Origin: Alistipes sp.
GTDB lineage: Bacteria; Bacteroidota; Bacteroidia; Bacteroidales; Rikenellaceae
DNA: 64,000 bases
Reading direction: 5' to 3'
NCBI GenBank assembly: GCA_020026395.1
Contig: JAHHQM010000004.1
Span: 87,237 to 151,236 of the forward strand
Made by a program: the position numbers and the translations under genes. The notes under the pieces are model-generated. The model had not been told where the DNA came from, made no database searches, and worked only from the letters and a program-made list of their open reading frames with translations. Below are positions 10,248 through 20,389 of the stretch, one piece after another; position 1 is the stretch's first letter; each line of letters starts with the position of its first letter.

Positions 10248-11149
10248 TAACGTGCTTTATGAATCCACATATCCTGATATTCAGCCTGATGTGCCCGTTT
10301 GAACAACTGGCAGGGCTCTTCCGAATCGGATTCGAAAGCCGACACCAGCAGATTCTCACCCAGTCGATAAACGCCCAGACGCCAATCGGGATGGTTCTTT
10401 TGCGCGGTCTCCACGGCACGTTGTGCATTGGTCTTCGATCCGAATACACCCAAAACCACATAACTGCGCTGTGATACGCGCTTGGCGGGAGCATCTACCG
10501 TACCCGATCCCGCCAACAGGATATCGTCCTTTTCGGGAGCAGGTTCTGCGACTACAGGCTGCGCTGTTGCCAGAGAATCCGCTACGGGCTTTTCGACGGG
10601 AGTTACCACAGGCTTCTCGACCTTGGCAACCTCTTCAACGGGTTTTGCGCCGAAATACTCGTCGTGATTATCATAGAGGTAGTAAGCTCCGAAGCATAAT
10701 CCGCAAGCGATGGCGGCGACACCGCACCACAACACCCAGTCGAATCCGATCGGGCGGCGCACCTTGACGGATGCCGTGCCTTGGGGATTCAGACGGCGGT
10801 CAAACTCCGCCGACAGGGTGAATTGCTTGTTCTTCAGCGTTCCGATGCCTTCGATCGTCAAAATCTCATCGGCATAAACCTGTGCCAACCAACGACCGTA
10901 GATCTCCTCGGCAGCCGCAGCCTCACAACGGGCGGCCTCCGCGATATAGGTGGCGAGGCGTTTCCCGCGGATCTCCGACGAGAAAACGACCTTGCGGTAA
11001 GGCGGTTTGATCATCGAACGCGAAAGGCGCTCGGCAGGGTGACGCTCTACAGAGAGCGTACCGATTTCGGGCAAAGCGACTTCGCCCCGCTCGGCCAAAA
11101 TATTACCGATCAGCTTATTGACCTGATCAACCATCGGATAGTTACCCAT
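10247..11149 (-). CDS. HU-like N-terminal domain plus TM plus SPOR domain protein
   Basis: VALPEIGTL and LTIEGIGTL HU-like repeats, central TM, C-terminal YVVLGVFGSKTNAQRA...DMWI. Confidence 0.75.
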   Translation of the reverse strand: MGNYPMVDQVNKLIGNILAERGEVALPEIGTLSVERHPAERLSRSMIKPPYRKVVFSSEIRGKRLATYIAEAARCEAAAAEEIYGRWLAQVYADEILTIEGIGTLKNKQFTLSAEFDRRLNPQGTASVKVRRPIGFDWVLWCGVAAIACGLCFGAYYLYDNHDEYFGAKPVEEVAKVEKPVVTPVEKPVADSLATAQPVVAEPAPEKDDILLAGSGTVDAPAKRVSQRSYVVLGVFGSKTNAQRAVETAQKNHPDWRLGVYRLGENLLVSAFESDSEEPCQLFKRAHQAEYQDMWIHKAR

Positions 11150-11154
11150 TGTTT

Positions 11155-12033
11155 CTATTTTTTAGACGATTTGTTCTTTAAGGTCTCACCCGACACCTTG
11201 ATGATGTGATTCATGTCCAGCGCAGGCGTAGGCTTGCGGAAGACAAACCACAAACCAACCAGAATGAACGGAATACTCAGCCACTGACCCATATCAAGGA
11301 TCATACCTGCCTCGAACTCCTCCTGATCGGCCTTGACGAACTCGATGATGAAGCGCGTAAAGAAGATACCGATCAAACCCCATCCGAACATCAGACCCGG
11401 ACGGCGGCGACCCCAATCCTTCTTATAGTAGAACCACAGCAGGACGACACCCGTAATGATGTAGCACAGCGCTTCGTAGATCTGCGTGGGATGTACAGCC
11501 GACGGCGCAAACGAGGTGAGCCATTTGTGCGAATTGACGAACTTGAAGCCCCAAGGCAGGGTAGTGGAAGTACCGAAGATCTCGGAGTTAATCAGATTAC
11601 CGAAACGCACCAGCGCACCGCCCAGAGTGGCACCGGGGATAATACGATCCAGCAACCAGATGTAGGGGAGTTTGTACTTGCGGGCGCAGAGCCACAAACC
11701 GATCAGAAGACCGATGGCGGCACCGTGGCTGGCCATACCGCCGTCACGGAATCCCGTGATGATCGTCCACGGAGCAGACAGATAGCCCACGGGGTCATAG
11801 AACAAGCAGTGACCCAGACGCGCACCGACCACGGTCGAGAGTGCGCCGTAAGCGAAAATCGACTCGGCAAGTTGGGGATTCAGCCCCTCGTGTTTGCAAA
11901 ATATCTCATAGCATTTGGCACCCAGGATAATGGCCAATGCCCACATCAAACCGTAATAACGGATTTCGATCCCGAAGATGGTAAACATTACGGGATCGAC
12001 ATTCCATTCTACGATCATAGGTAGAAAAGTCAT
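11155..12033 (-). CDS. lgt: Prolipoprotein diacylglyceryl transferase
   Basis: IRYYGL, GARLGHCLFY, GGMASHGA, RFGNLINSEIFG, HPTQIYE. Confidence 0.97.
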   Translation of the reverse strand: MTFLPMIVEWNVDPVMFTIFGIEIRYYGLMWALAIILGAKCYEIFCKHEGLNPQLAESIFAYGALSTVVGARLGHCLFYDPVGYLSAPWTIITGFRDGGMASHGAAIGLLIGLWLCARKYKLPYIWLLDRIIPGATLGGALVRFGNLINSEIFGTSTTLPWGFKFVNSHKWLTSFAPSAVHPTQIYEALCYIITGVVLLWFYYKKDWGRRRPGLMFGWGLIGIFFTRFIIEFVKADQEEFEAGMILDMGQWLSIPFILVGLWFVFRKPTPALDMNHIIKVSGETLKNKSSKK

Positions 12034-12051
12034 AAAATAAATCGTTAATTG

Positions 12052-13095
12052 TTACTTCGTTAAATCAATCTTCTTCAAGGTAAACGAGAAGATCGAACCC
12101 TTGTCCAGTTCGCTGCGTACGGAAACCTTCTCGCCGTGAGCCTCGATAATGTGCTTGACAATAGCCAGACCGAGACCCGTACCGCCCTGTTCACGCGAAC
12201 GGCCTTTATCGGTGCGGTAGAAACGCTCGAAGATACGCGGCAGATCGCCCTGTGCCATACCCTGACCGTTATCCTCCACCTCAACGAGGATCTTATCCAT
12301 CATATCGCGGAAACGAACGCGGGTCGTACCGCCTTCCTTACCGTAACGGATCGAGTTGATGATCAGATTGATCAGCACCTGACCGATGTAGTGCTTGTCG
12401 GCCTCAACCCAAAAAGGCGAAGGCAGCGAATCGGCACCCTTGACCGAAATCTTGATGTTCTTCTTCTCGGCTTCGATCTCGGCCTGCTCGGCGATCTCGT
12501 TGGCCAGAGCCACGATGTCGAAGTGGTCGGGCGTCAGTTTGTTCATGTTGCTTTCCAGACGCGAAATCGTATCCAGGTCATTGACAATATTGATCAGACG
12601 GTCGATGCTCTTCTCGGCACGCTCCAAGAATTTGCGGTTGATGAGTTCATCCTCCAGACCGCCGTCCAGAAGGGTCGAGATGTAACCCTGAATATTGAAA
12701 ATAGGGGTTTTCAGCTCGTGAGCCACATTACCCAGATACTGCTTGCGGAAACGCTCCGTCTCCTTGAGCTGGGCAATCTCCTTATCGTTTTTGTTGGCCC
12801 ATTCGGTCAGCTCCTCGCCGACGTCCTCCACCTTCTTGTCCTTGAGTTCGGAGAAGATCTCGTGGGTGTGGACATTACGCGAAAGCACGATCGAATAGAT
12901 CGGGCGCAATTTATAGGCCACATACTTGCGGATGATGAACAGCGCCAAAAGAGCCTGCAAAATAAAAGTACCGACGGCAAGCGACAGGCACAACCACCAC
13001 GTGTGGTCGAGTACCCCCGCCGTAACGCCGACTAAAATGGAAGCGAAAAGAGCGATCAGCAACGAAGCACGCTCCTTGGTTTTAATATAGATCAT
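12052..13095 (-). CDS. PhoR-like sensor histidine kinase
   Basis: Two TMs; H-box NVAHELKTPI, N box NLIINSIRY, G boxes DNGQG and GGTGLGLAIVKHI. Confidence 0.92.
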   Translation of the reverse strand: MIYIKTKERASLLIALFASILVGVTAGVLDHTWWLCLSLAVGTFILQALLALFIIRKYVAYKLRPIYSIVLSRNVHTHEIFSELKDKKVEDVGEELTEWANKNDKEIAQLKETERFRKQYLGNVAHELKTPIFNIQGYISTLLDGGLEDELINRKFLERAEKSIDRLINIVNDLDTISRLESNMNKLTPDHFDIVALANEIAEQAEIEAEKKNIKISVKGADSLPSPFWVEADKHYIGQVLINLIINSIRYGKEGGTTRVRFRDMMDKILVEVEDNGQGMAQGDLPRIFERFYRTDKGRSREQGGTGLGLAIVKHIIEAHGEKVSVRSELDKGSIFSFTLKKIDLTK

Positions 13096-13110
13096 GATTT
13101 TTGGGTTAAT

Positions 13111-13707
13111 TTATTTCATGTAGGAAGTCATCAGGCGGGCAATATACTTGCCGATGATGTCGAATTCGATGTTCACGACCGTACCCGGTTCGATGTAACG
13201 GAAATTCGTATGCTCGAACGTATAGGGGATGATCGACACGCGGAACGACTTCTCTTTCGAGTCGCACACCGTGAGGCTCACGCCGTTCACCGTCACCGAA
13301 CCTTTATCTACGGTGCAGAAGCCGTTGCCCTGCGGAGTATATTCGAAGGTGAAGTTCCAGCTGCCGTCGGCATCCTCTTTCTTGATGCACACGGCCGTCT
13401 GATCGACGTGTCCCTGCACGATATGGCCGTCGAGCAGTGCATCGGGTTTCATTGAGCGTTCCAAATTGACCCAATCGCCAACTTTCAATCCGCCGAGGTT
13501 GCTCTTGTCGAGCGTCTCCTTCATGGCCGTTACTTTATAGGTGTCGCCCTTGATGGCCACCACCGTCAGGCATACGCCGTTGTGGGCGATGCTTTGGTCG
13601 ATCGAGAGTTCGTCCGTGAAATCGGCACGAAGCGTGAAGTCCTTATTTTGGCGATCCGTATCGATGGCCACGACCTGTGCCATACGTTCTACAATACCAG
13701 AAAACAT
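13111..13707 (-). CDS. ribE: Riboflavin synthase (alpha subunit)
   Basis: MFSGIVE, SIAHNGVCLTV, VNLER, GHIVQGHVD, VNIEFDIIGKY. Confidence 0.96.
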   Translation of the reverse strand: MFSGIVERMAQVVAIDTDRQNKDFTLRADFTDELSIDQSIAHNGVCLTVVAIKGDTYKVTAMKETLDKSNLGGLKVGDWVNLERSMKPDALLDGHIVQGHVDQTAVCIKKEDADGSWNFTFEYTPQGNGFCTVDKGSVTVNGVSLTVCDSKEKSFRVSIIPYTFEHTNFRYIEPGTVVNIEFDIIGKYIARLMTSYMK

Positions 13708-13754
13708 ATTTGCAATGATATATTTATTGTTTAATGGACAAAAATAAGATTAAA

Positions 13755-14381
13755 TTAGTTAACAATCAATTTTCCCACCAATTTATAAATGTCTATTATG
13801 TCCGAAACACCGATCGTTACGTCGTCATAGTTCTGCTTGTCGCCGGGAACCAGTCTCAGGCGGTTCTCGTCATCGGTCGTGCGCACAATGCGCAACATGT
13901 TCATACGCTGGGTTTTGACCAGATAGATCTCACCCGGGATGATCGACTCGCGATCCACCGTGCGGAACAAAACGACACTTTCCGAAGGAATCACCTCGCC
14001 CATGGCGCGTCCCGTGTAGCTCATCGCAAAATCGCACTGCTGCAACATCGGCAACAACAGGTAACTTTCGGGTTCGAGCGTCGCAAGGCTCGAGATATAT
14101 TGTTCGGGGTCGTTATGGTAGTAGGGGATCTGCACACCGCGCAATTTGGTGTCCGAGAACATCTGTCCCTCACCCGTCAAAAGCCACAATTTGTCAATCT
14201 GCGGAAACTTCGCCACGATGCGCTCGGCAACGTCCAACGAGATACCGTTGTTACCGCGTTTGATCTGATACAAATTCTCCCCTCGTGCAAGACCAATATG
14301 GCGCGCGAAATAATTGATGGACATATTTGCCCATTTGATTACTGCCTCAATTCTTTGCCAGTTGTCCTGTTTTTCTTTCAT
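13755..14381 (-). CDS. HTH plus S24 peptidase-like (LexA/CI-type) transcriptional regulator
   Basis: N-terminal HTH (INYFARHIGLARGENLYQIKRG), WLLTGEGQM linker, C-terminal S24-like beta domain. Confidence 0.75.
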   Translation of the reverse strand: MKEKQDNWQRIEAVIKWANMSINYFARHIGLARGENLYQIKRGNNGISLDVAERIVAKFPQIDKLWLLTGEGQMFSDTKLRGVQIPYYHNDPEQYISSLATLEPESYLLLPMLQQCDFAMSYTGRAMGEVIPSESVVLFRTVDRESIIPGEIYLVKTQRMNMLRIVRTTDDENRLRLVPGDKQNYDDVTIGVSDIIDIYKLVGKLIVN

Positions 14382-14424
14382 TGTCTCTTTCTTATTTAAA
14401 TTATTTTTCGCATCTTTGCAGTCC

Positions 14425-14496
14425 GGTCCCGTAGTTCAATGGATAGAATACAAGATTCCGGTTCTTACGATATGGGTTCGATTCCCGTCGGGATCA
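14425..14496 (+). tRNA. tRNA-Arg(CCG)
   Basis: Cloverleaf: acceptor GGTCCCG/CGGGATC, D arm GTTC..GAAT, anticodon loop TTCCGGT, T loop TTCGATT. CCA not encoded. Confidence 0.93.
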
Positions 14497-14500
14497 CACG

Positions 14501-14535
14501 TACAAGCGTCTTGAAAAAGATGCTTGTATTTTTTT
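14501..14535 (+). terminator. Terminator after tRNA-Arg
   Basis: TACAAGCGTCTT-GAAA-AAGATGCTTGTA followed by T7. Confidence 0.85.
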
Positions 14536-15016
14536 GTCCTTTTTCGGCACATTTCCTTTAGGCCACAACCGAATGGAACACCCAACCGACCGAAAGCATT
14601 ACGGAAAGATCCCGATTGTGTTACTTCTCATATCTTTTTGCACTACATTTACCCTTTCATGTAAAGCAAAACAAAGATAGCGTAAAAATATAGAACTACA
14701 ACGCTGCCTCATAAAAAATAAAATAAAAGAATGGATTCGTAAAACATTCAGTCCGTATTTGAAGAATAAACCTTCAAAAAATGTCGCAAAAAGTCTGAAA
14801 CCGACTCTTCGGAAGAGTTATTACGTTGATAATCCATCAATTTATATCATAACGCGAAAAAAGGGAGTGTAGTATATCCTCTTTTTACTTTCCAAATCGA
14901 ACAATCCTGTTCGAAACCTCGGAATGCAGTCCGACGAGTGCGCGATAATTTTCCGCGTTTTCTTTAGGAATCCTTACAAAAAAGCGTATCTTTGTTAAAC
15001 CTAAAACCATAAAATT

Positions 15017-15667
15017 ATGCAACGTATCATAGCACCTTCCGTGCTTTCGGCCGATTTCGGCCACCTCGAACGAGACATTCGCATGCTCAACGACAGTCGT
15101 GCCGAATGGATCCACATTGATGTCATGGACGGTGTATTCGTACCCAATATCTCTTTCGGATTTCCCGTGATGAAACCCATCCGTCAGGCATCGCCCAAAT
15201 TCATGGACGTACACCTGATGATCATCGACCCCGAGAAATATGTCGAGCGCTTCGTCGAAGCAGGCAGCAATCTGGTGACCTTTCACCTCGAAGCCACTAA
15301 AGAACCCCGCAAATGCATCGATCTGATCCGCAAGGCAGGCGCCAAGGTCGGCATCTCGATCAAGCCCGCAACGCCGATCGAGGAGCTCCGCGAGTGGCTT
15401 CCGGACATTGACCTTGTACTGGTGATGAGTGTCGAGCCGGGATTCGGCGGTCAGTCGTTCATGCCGCATTCGATCGAGAAGGTGGCAGGCATCCGCAAAA
15501 TGGCCGAGACGCTCAACCCGAACCTCATGATCGAGGTCGACGGCGGTATCTCGTCGAAGAACGCCCGACTGTTGTTTGATGCAGGTGCCGAGGCTCTGGT
15601 GGCCGGTAGTGCCGTATTCAAAGCCGCAGATCCCCGACAGGAAATCATCAATATGCTGAACGCATAA
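15017..15667 (+). CDS. rpe: Ribulose-phosphate 3-epimerase
   Basis: IAPSVLSADF, HIDVMDGVFVPN, DVHLMI, MSVEPGFGGQSF, EVDGGI. Confidence 0.97.
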   Translation: MQRIIAPSVLSADFGHLERDIRMLNDSRAEWIHIDVMDGVFVPNISFGFPVMKPIRQASPKFMDVHLMIIDPEKYVERFVEAGSNLVTFHLEATKEPRKCIDLIRKAGAKVGISIKPATPIEELREWLPDIDLVLVMSVEPGFGGQSFMPHSIEKVAGIRKMAETLNPNLMIEVDGGISSKNARLLFDAGAEALVAGSAVFKAADPRQEIINMLNA

Positions 15668-15687
15668 AACCGATCCATACCTTTAAT

Positions 15688-15720
15688 AAAAGGGCAGTCC
15701 TACCTTGGATTGCCCTTTTT
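15688..15720 (+). terminator. Rho-independent terminator
   Basis: AAAAGGGCAGTCC-TACCTT-GGATTGCCCTTTTT. Confidence 0.8.
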
Positions 15721-15786
15721 GTTTCGGGGATCGGTATTGGGAGAGTGAAACATTTTTCGTACCTTTGCGTGAATTTTTATACGACT

Positions 15787-17736
15787 ATGATTTCACTCGA
15801 TAATTTGACCGTCAGTTACGGCGGATGGACTCTATTTGACGATATTTCTTTTCTGATCAACCCCAAGGATCGAATCGGTCTGGTGGGTAAGAACGGTGCG
15901 GGCAAAACCACACTGCTCAAGATCATCGTTGGCGAGCAGCAGCCCACCTCGGGCAAGGTGACCATCAACGGTGCCTGCACAATCGGCTATCTGCCTCAGA
16001 CCATGCGTGTTCACGACACGACGACCCTTGTGGAGGAGACCGCCAAGGCCTTCGACGAGGTGCTGAAAATCGAGAAGGACATCGCCCGTCTGACGACCGA
16101 AATCGCCGAGCGTACCGACTACGAATCGGAGGAATATGCCCAGCTGATCCACCGACTGACCGATCAGCAGGATCGCTATCAGATCCTGGGCGGTGATTCG
16201 CGCGATGCCGACATCGAAAAGACGCTGCTCGGTTTGGGTTTCAAGCGTTCGGATTTCGGACGCGCCACGAGTGAATTTTCGGGCGGTTGGCGTATGCGTA
16301 TCGAGCTGGCCAAATTGCTGTTGCGCCGTCCGTCGATCTTCCTTCTGGATGAGCCGACCAACCACCTCGACATCGAGTCGATCCAGTGGCTGGAGGAGTA
16401 TTTGAAGAACTACAATGGTGCGGTGTTGCTCATCTCGCACGACCGCGCCTTCCTGGATAACGTCACCAACCGCACGATCGAACTTTCGTTGGGCAAGGTG
16501 ACCGACTACAAGGTATCCTACTCGAAATATGTCGTGCTGCGTCAAGAGCGCCGCCAGCAGCAGTTGGCCGCCTACGAAAACCAGCAACGCATGATCGAAA
16601 AGACAGAGGAATTCATCGAGAAATTCCGCTATAAACCCACCAAATCCAATCAGGTGCAGTCGCGTATCAAACAGTTGGAACGCTTGGAGCGCCTCGAAGT
16701 CGAGGAGGAGGATTTGGCAACGCTCAACATCAAATTCCCGCCCGCTCCCCATTCAGGTCAGATCGTGGCGCAGATCAACGATGCGGGTATGTCGTTTGGT
16801 TCGAAACACGTGTTCAGCGGTGCAAATTTTGTCATCGAAAAGGGCAACAAGATCGCACTGGTCGGCCGTAACGGCGAGGGTAAAACCACCTTGGCACGTA
16901 TGCTTATCGGACAGCTCACGCCGACCGAGGGATCGATCAAATTGGGTGCGAACGTAAACATCGGTTACTACGCTCAGAATCAAGACGATCTGATGGATGG
17001 CGATTTCACGGTTTACGACACGTTGGATCGTGTGGCCGTGGGCGATATCCGTACCCGGCTGCGCGATATTTTGGGTGCATTCCTGTTCCGTGGTGAGGAT
17101 ATCGACAAGAAAGTCAAGGTGTTGTCGGGTGGCGAACGCGCACGACTGGCCATGGCGCGTATGATGCTCGAACCGCGTAACCTGTTGGTGCTCGATGAGC
17201 CGACCAACCATATGGATATGCGTTCGAAGGACATCCTGAAAAACGCGTTGATCAAATACGACGGCACGGTGGTGGTTGTATCGCACGACCGTGAATTTCT
17301 GGACGGATTGGTCGAGAAGGTTTACGAATTCCGCGACGGTGGGGTTCGCGAATACCTGGGCGGCATCTACTACTTCCTCGAGAAACGCAAATTGGAGTCG
17401 TTGCAGGAGATCGAACGCCGCGATCCCGTCGTAAAGGCACCCGCCAAAGAGAAGGAAGAAACCCCTCACGCCCAACTTTCGGGCAAGGCCTCCTACGAGC
17501 AGAAGAAGGAGCAGGAGAAACTCCTCCGCAAACTGCGCAAGGCGGTCGAGGTGATTGAGGAGCGCTTGGGCAAGATCGAAAAGCAGATTGCCGAATACGA
17601 CGCGAAATTTGCCTCTTCGTCCGACTATGTCGAGGAGGACTACAAAGCCTACAACGCCCTGAAGGCCGAATACGACCACGAAATGCACGAATGGGAGAAA
17701 GCCTCCTACGAATTGGAAATCACGGAAAACGAATAA
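15787..17736 (+). CDS. ABC-F family ATP-binding protein
   Basis: Two ABC cassettes (GKNGAGKTT/FSGGW/LDEPTNHLD and GRNGEGKTT/LSGGE/LDEPTNHMD), no TM, C-terminal coiled coil. Confidence 0.95.
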   Translation: MISLDNLTVSYGGWTLFDDISFLINPKDRIGLVGKNGAGKTTLLKIIVGEQQPTSGKVTINGACTIGYLPQTMRVHDTTTLVEETAKAFDEVLKIEKDIARLTTEIAERTDYESEEYAQLIHRLTDQQDRYQILGGDSRDADIEKTLLGLGFKRSDFGRATSEFSGGWRMRIELAKLLLRRPSIFLLDEPTNHLDIESIQWLEEYLKNYNGAVLLISHDRAFLDNVTNRTIELSLGKVTDYKVSYSKYVVLRQERRQQQLAAYENQQRMIEKTEEFIEKFRYKPTKSNQVQSRIKQLERLERLEVEEEDLATLNIKFPPAPHSGQIVAQINDAGMSFGSKHVFSGANFVIEKGNKIALVGRNGEGKTTLARMLIGQLTPTEGSIKLGANVNIGYYAQNQDDLMDGDFTVYDTLDRVAVGDIRTRLRDILGAFLFRGEDIDKKVKVLSGGERARLAMARMMLEPRNLLVLDEPTNHMDMRSKDILKNALIKYDGTVVVVSHDREFLDGLVEKVYEFRDGGVREYLGGIYYFLEKRKLESLQEIERRDPVVKAPAKEKEETPHAQLSGKASYEQKKEQEKLLRKLRKAVEVIEERLGKIEKQIAEYDAKFASSSDYVEEDYKAYNALKAEYDHEMHEWEKASYELEITENE

Positions 17737-17751
17737 TACAGAACTCTCAAT

Positions 17752-18483
17752 ATGGATAATCTTATTTTCGGGATTCGTCCCGTAGCCGAAGCCATCGAGG
17801 CAGGCCGACAGATCGAGAAACTCTACATCCGCAAGAGTGCCGACGGACAGTTGATGCAGGAACTCAAGGACTTGTGCATGCGTCACCACCTGCGCTATCA
17901 GGAGGTTCCGGTCGAGAAACTCAACCGTCTGACCCGTCTGAATCACCAGGGTGTCGTGGCGCAAATGGCCGCCATCGAATACGTGCAGGTGATCGACATT
18001 CTGGAGCGTGTTCCCGACGACGAGACCCCGCTGGTGGTGATTTTCGACGGTGTGACCGACGTGCGTAACTTCGGTGCCATCGCCCGTTCGGCCGAGTGCT
18101 CGGGTGCACACGGACTGATCACCCCGCTGAAGAACTCCGCTCCGGTCAATGCCGAGGCCATCCGTTCGTCGGCAGGTGCCCTGACCACGATTCCCGTGGC
18201 ACGTGTGGGTTCGATCCGCAACACCATCAAACAGCTCAAGGCCGAAGGTTTCCAGATCGTTGCCGCCACCGAGAAGAGCACCAAACTGCTCTACGATGCC
18301 GACTTTACGAAACCCACGGCCATCATCATGGGTGCCGAGGATACGGGTATCTCAAAAGAGGTGCTGAAATTGTGCGACGAGCAACTGGCCATTCCTCTGA
18401 TCGGTCACATCGAGTCGCTGAACGTATCGGCCGCCGCCGCAGTCATGTTGTTCGAAGTTGTCCGTCAGCGCATTGGCGAGTAA
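17752..18483 (+). CDS. rlmB: 23S rRNA (guanosine-2251-2'-O)-methyltransferase
   Basis: NHQGVVA, DGVTDVRNFGAIARSA, MGAEDTGI, ESLNVSAAA (SPOUT). Confidence 0.94.
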   Translation: MDNLIFGIRPVAEAIEAGRQIEKLYIRKSADGQLMQELKDLCMRHHLRYQEVPVEKLNRLTRLNHQGVVAQMAAIEYVQVIDILERVPDDETPLVVIFDGVTDVRNFGAIARSAECSGAHGLITPLKNSAPVNAEAIRSSAGALTTIPVARVGSIRNTIKQLKAEGFQIVAATEKSTKLLYDADFTKPTAIIMGAEDTGISKEVLKLCDEQLAIPLIGHIESLNVSAAAAVMLFEVVRQRIGE

Positions 18484-19084
18484 ACCGACACCCCGAAGCC
18501 GAATCATCCGCCATCCCGTGGCGGGCGATGTCGAGCTGTACTTTTCACCGAGGGCACTGCGCATCGGCTTGCGAGTCACCGCGGCAGGACACGTACGCTT
18601 GATCATTCCGCGGGGAGCGAACGAGGAGCACGCCTTGCGCTTTATGGAGTCGAAAATGGATTGGGTGCGCCACACCTTGCAAAAGGTTGCCCGACGTACC
18701 GCACTCCACGAACCGGCTCTGCGTGCGACGATGACACCCGACGAGCGCCACCGCCGCATCGAGGAGTTGCGCCGCGAGGCTCACCGCGATCTGCCGGAGC
18801 GTATCGAACGCCTCTCCCGCCTTACGGGTCTTCGTTACACACGGGTGACCCTTCGTGCCGTGCGTTCGAAGTGGGGGAGTTGCTCGTCGATCAACTCCAT
18901 CTCGCTCAACATTTTCCTGATGATTCTGCCCGAACACCTGCGCGATTTTGTGATCATCCACGAGTTGTGTCATACGGTCGAACACAACCATTCGCCCCGA
19001 TTCCACGCCCTGGTAAATCACTACACTACGGGTCGCGAACGCGAATTGGAACGCGAACTGCGCACCTATACCATTATTGGTTGA
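18458..19084 (+). CDS. YgjP/M48-like metallohydrolase (DUF45)
   Basis: SKWGSCS, VIIHELCH, HNHSPRFH. Start uncertain (TTG 18458 or GTG 18518). Confidence 0.85.
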   Translation: MSVSALASKPTPRSRIIRHPVAGDVELYFSPRALRIGLRVTAAGHVRLIIPRGANEEHALRFMESKMDWVRHTLQKVARRTALHEPALRATMTPDERHRRIEELRREAHRDLPERIERLSRLTGLRYTRVTLRAVRSKWGSCSSINSISLNIFLMILPEHLRDFVIIHELCHTVEHNHSPRFHALVNHYTTGRERELERELRTYTIIG

Positions 19085-19106
19085 ACATTCACACACTTAA
19101 CGAATT

Positions 19107-19967
19107 ATGAATAACAAACTCAACACCTTACTCTGCGCGTTGCTGCTCATCTTCGGCATTTCGTGCTCTTCGCAAACATCGTCGGACGATCTCGAAGTCA
19201 TGACCCTGAACATGCGCTACGACAATCCGCAGGACAACGAAAACAACTGGAAATTCCGCTACGAACGTATCGCCCAGATGATCCGCACCGAGCATCCCGA
19301 CCTTTTGGGTACGCAGGAACTGCTCGCACACCAGCTCGATACGATGAAAGCACGCCTTACCGACTACGCCACCGTGGGTGTTGCCCGCGAGGACGGCAAG
19401 CGTCAGGGCGAATACAGCGCCATTTTCTACCTCAAGGATCGTTTCGAGGTGATCGACTCGGGTAATTTCTGGTTGAGCGAAACGCCCGACTCGGTCGGTG
19501 CATTCGGTTGGGATGCCGCCTGCGTCCGCATCGCGACCTGGGCTGTACTGCGCGACCGCAACCAGAAGGAGATCCTCTTCATGAACACCCATTTCGACCA
19601 TGTAGGCAAAGTTGCCCGTCAGAAGAGCGGCGACCTGCTGGTAGAGCGCGTCGAGCAACTCGCACAGGGTCGTCCGATCATTGTCACGGGCGATTTCAAT
19701 GCCGATCCCGAATCGGAAGTCATCCGTAACATCCTCTCGAAGAACATTCTGCGCCATACAAAAGATTGCGCTACCGAGAAAAAGGGTGCCGATGCAAGTT
19801 TCACGGATTTCGGCCGTATTCCCGTCGAAGAGCGTCAGTTGATCGACTACATTTTCATCGGCGGCAACCTCTCGGCATCGCTCTACGAAGTAATGCCCGA
19901 AACCGACGCCGAAGGTCACTACTACACGGATCACGCCCCCGTCAAGGCAATTTTGCACTATAACTAA
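19107..19967 (+). CDS. Endonuclease/exonuclease/phosphatase family lipoprotein
   Basis: MTLNMRY, LGTQE, NTHFDH, TGDFNA, IDYIF, TDHAPV; lipobox GISC. Confidence 0.92.
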   Translation: MNNKLNTLLCALLLIFGISCSSQTSSDDLEVMTLNMRYDNPQDNENNWKFRYERIAQMIRTEHPDLLGTQELLAHQLDTMKARLTDYATVGVAREDGKRQGEYSAIFYLKDRFEVIDSGNFWLSETPDSVGAFGWDAACVRIATWAVLRDRNQKEILFMNTHFDHVGKVARQKSGDLLVERVEQLAQGRPIIVTGDFNADPESEVIRNILSKNILRHTKDCATEKKGADASFTDFGRIPVEERQLIDYIFIGGNLSASLYEVMPETDAEGHYYTDHAPVKAILHYN

Positions 19968-20047
19968 AAATTGGGGAGGGGAGTATTAGGATATTCCGAA
20001 AGTTTGATTAACTTTGTAAAAAGTAAATTCTTTAATACGATAAGATT

Positions 20048-20335
20048 ATGGCAAATTTAAGAAGATTGAAAAAAGACATCGACTACTGCCTCGAAGAGTT
20101 GGTTTTCGATTGTGATATGGCTATTTGCTTTCAGCCTTCGAAAGAGAAGGAAATTTTCGAAGTGATGCAGGAGGCAGTTGCTCTGCGCAACAACCTGTTC
20201 TCCAAGGCCATGAATCCCGCCGAGCCGCACAACCGTTCGCTCGTTCGCAAGCACTATGCTGCTCTGCGTCGCGAAATCGTGAATTCGTTCGAGGAGATGT
20301 TCGAGAAATTGAGCAAGGTAAACGGAGAGAAATAA
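20048..20335 (+). CDS. Hypothetical small helical protein
   Basis: 95 aa ORF with an upstream TAACTTTG promoter motif and a downstream terminator. Confidence 0.8.
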   Translation: MANLRRLKKDIDYCLEELVFDCDMAICFQPSKEKEIFEVMQEAVALRNNLFSKAMNPAEPHNRSLVRKHYAALRREIVNSFEEMFEKLSKVNGEK

Positions 20336-20352
20336 TCCGATAAAATACCAAC

Positions 20353-20389
20353 AAAAAGTCCGACTTCTGATGTGAAGTCGGACTTTTTT
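20353..20389. terminator. Bidirectional terminator
   Basis: AAAAAGTCCGACTTC-TGATGT-GAAGTCGGACTTTTTT. Confidence 0.85.

Noticed and set aside
19973..19980. KOPS-like GGGGAGGG pointing toward the dif-like site
   Set aside because: A single occurrence, and I cannot establish that the E. coli KOPS motif applies to Bacteroidota.
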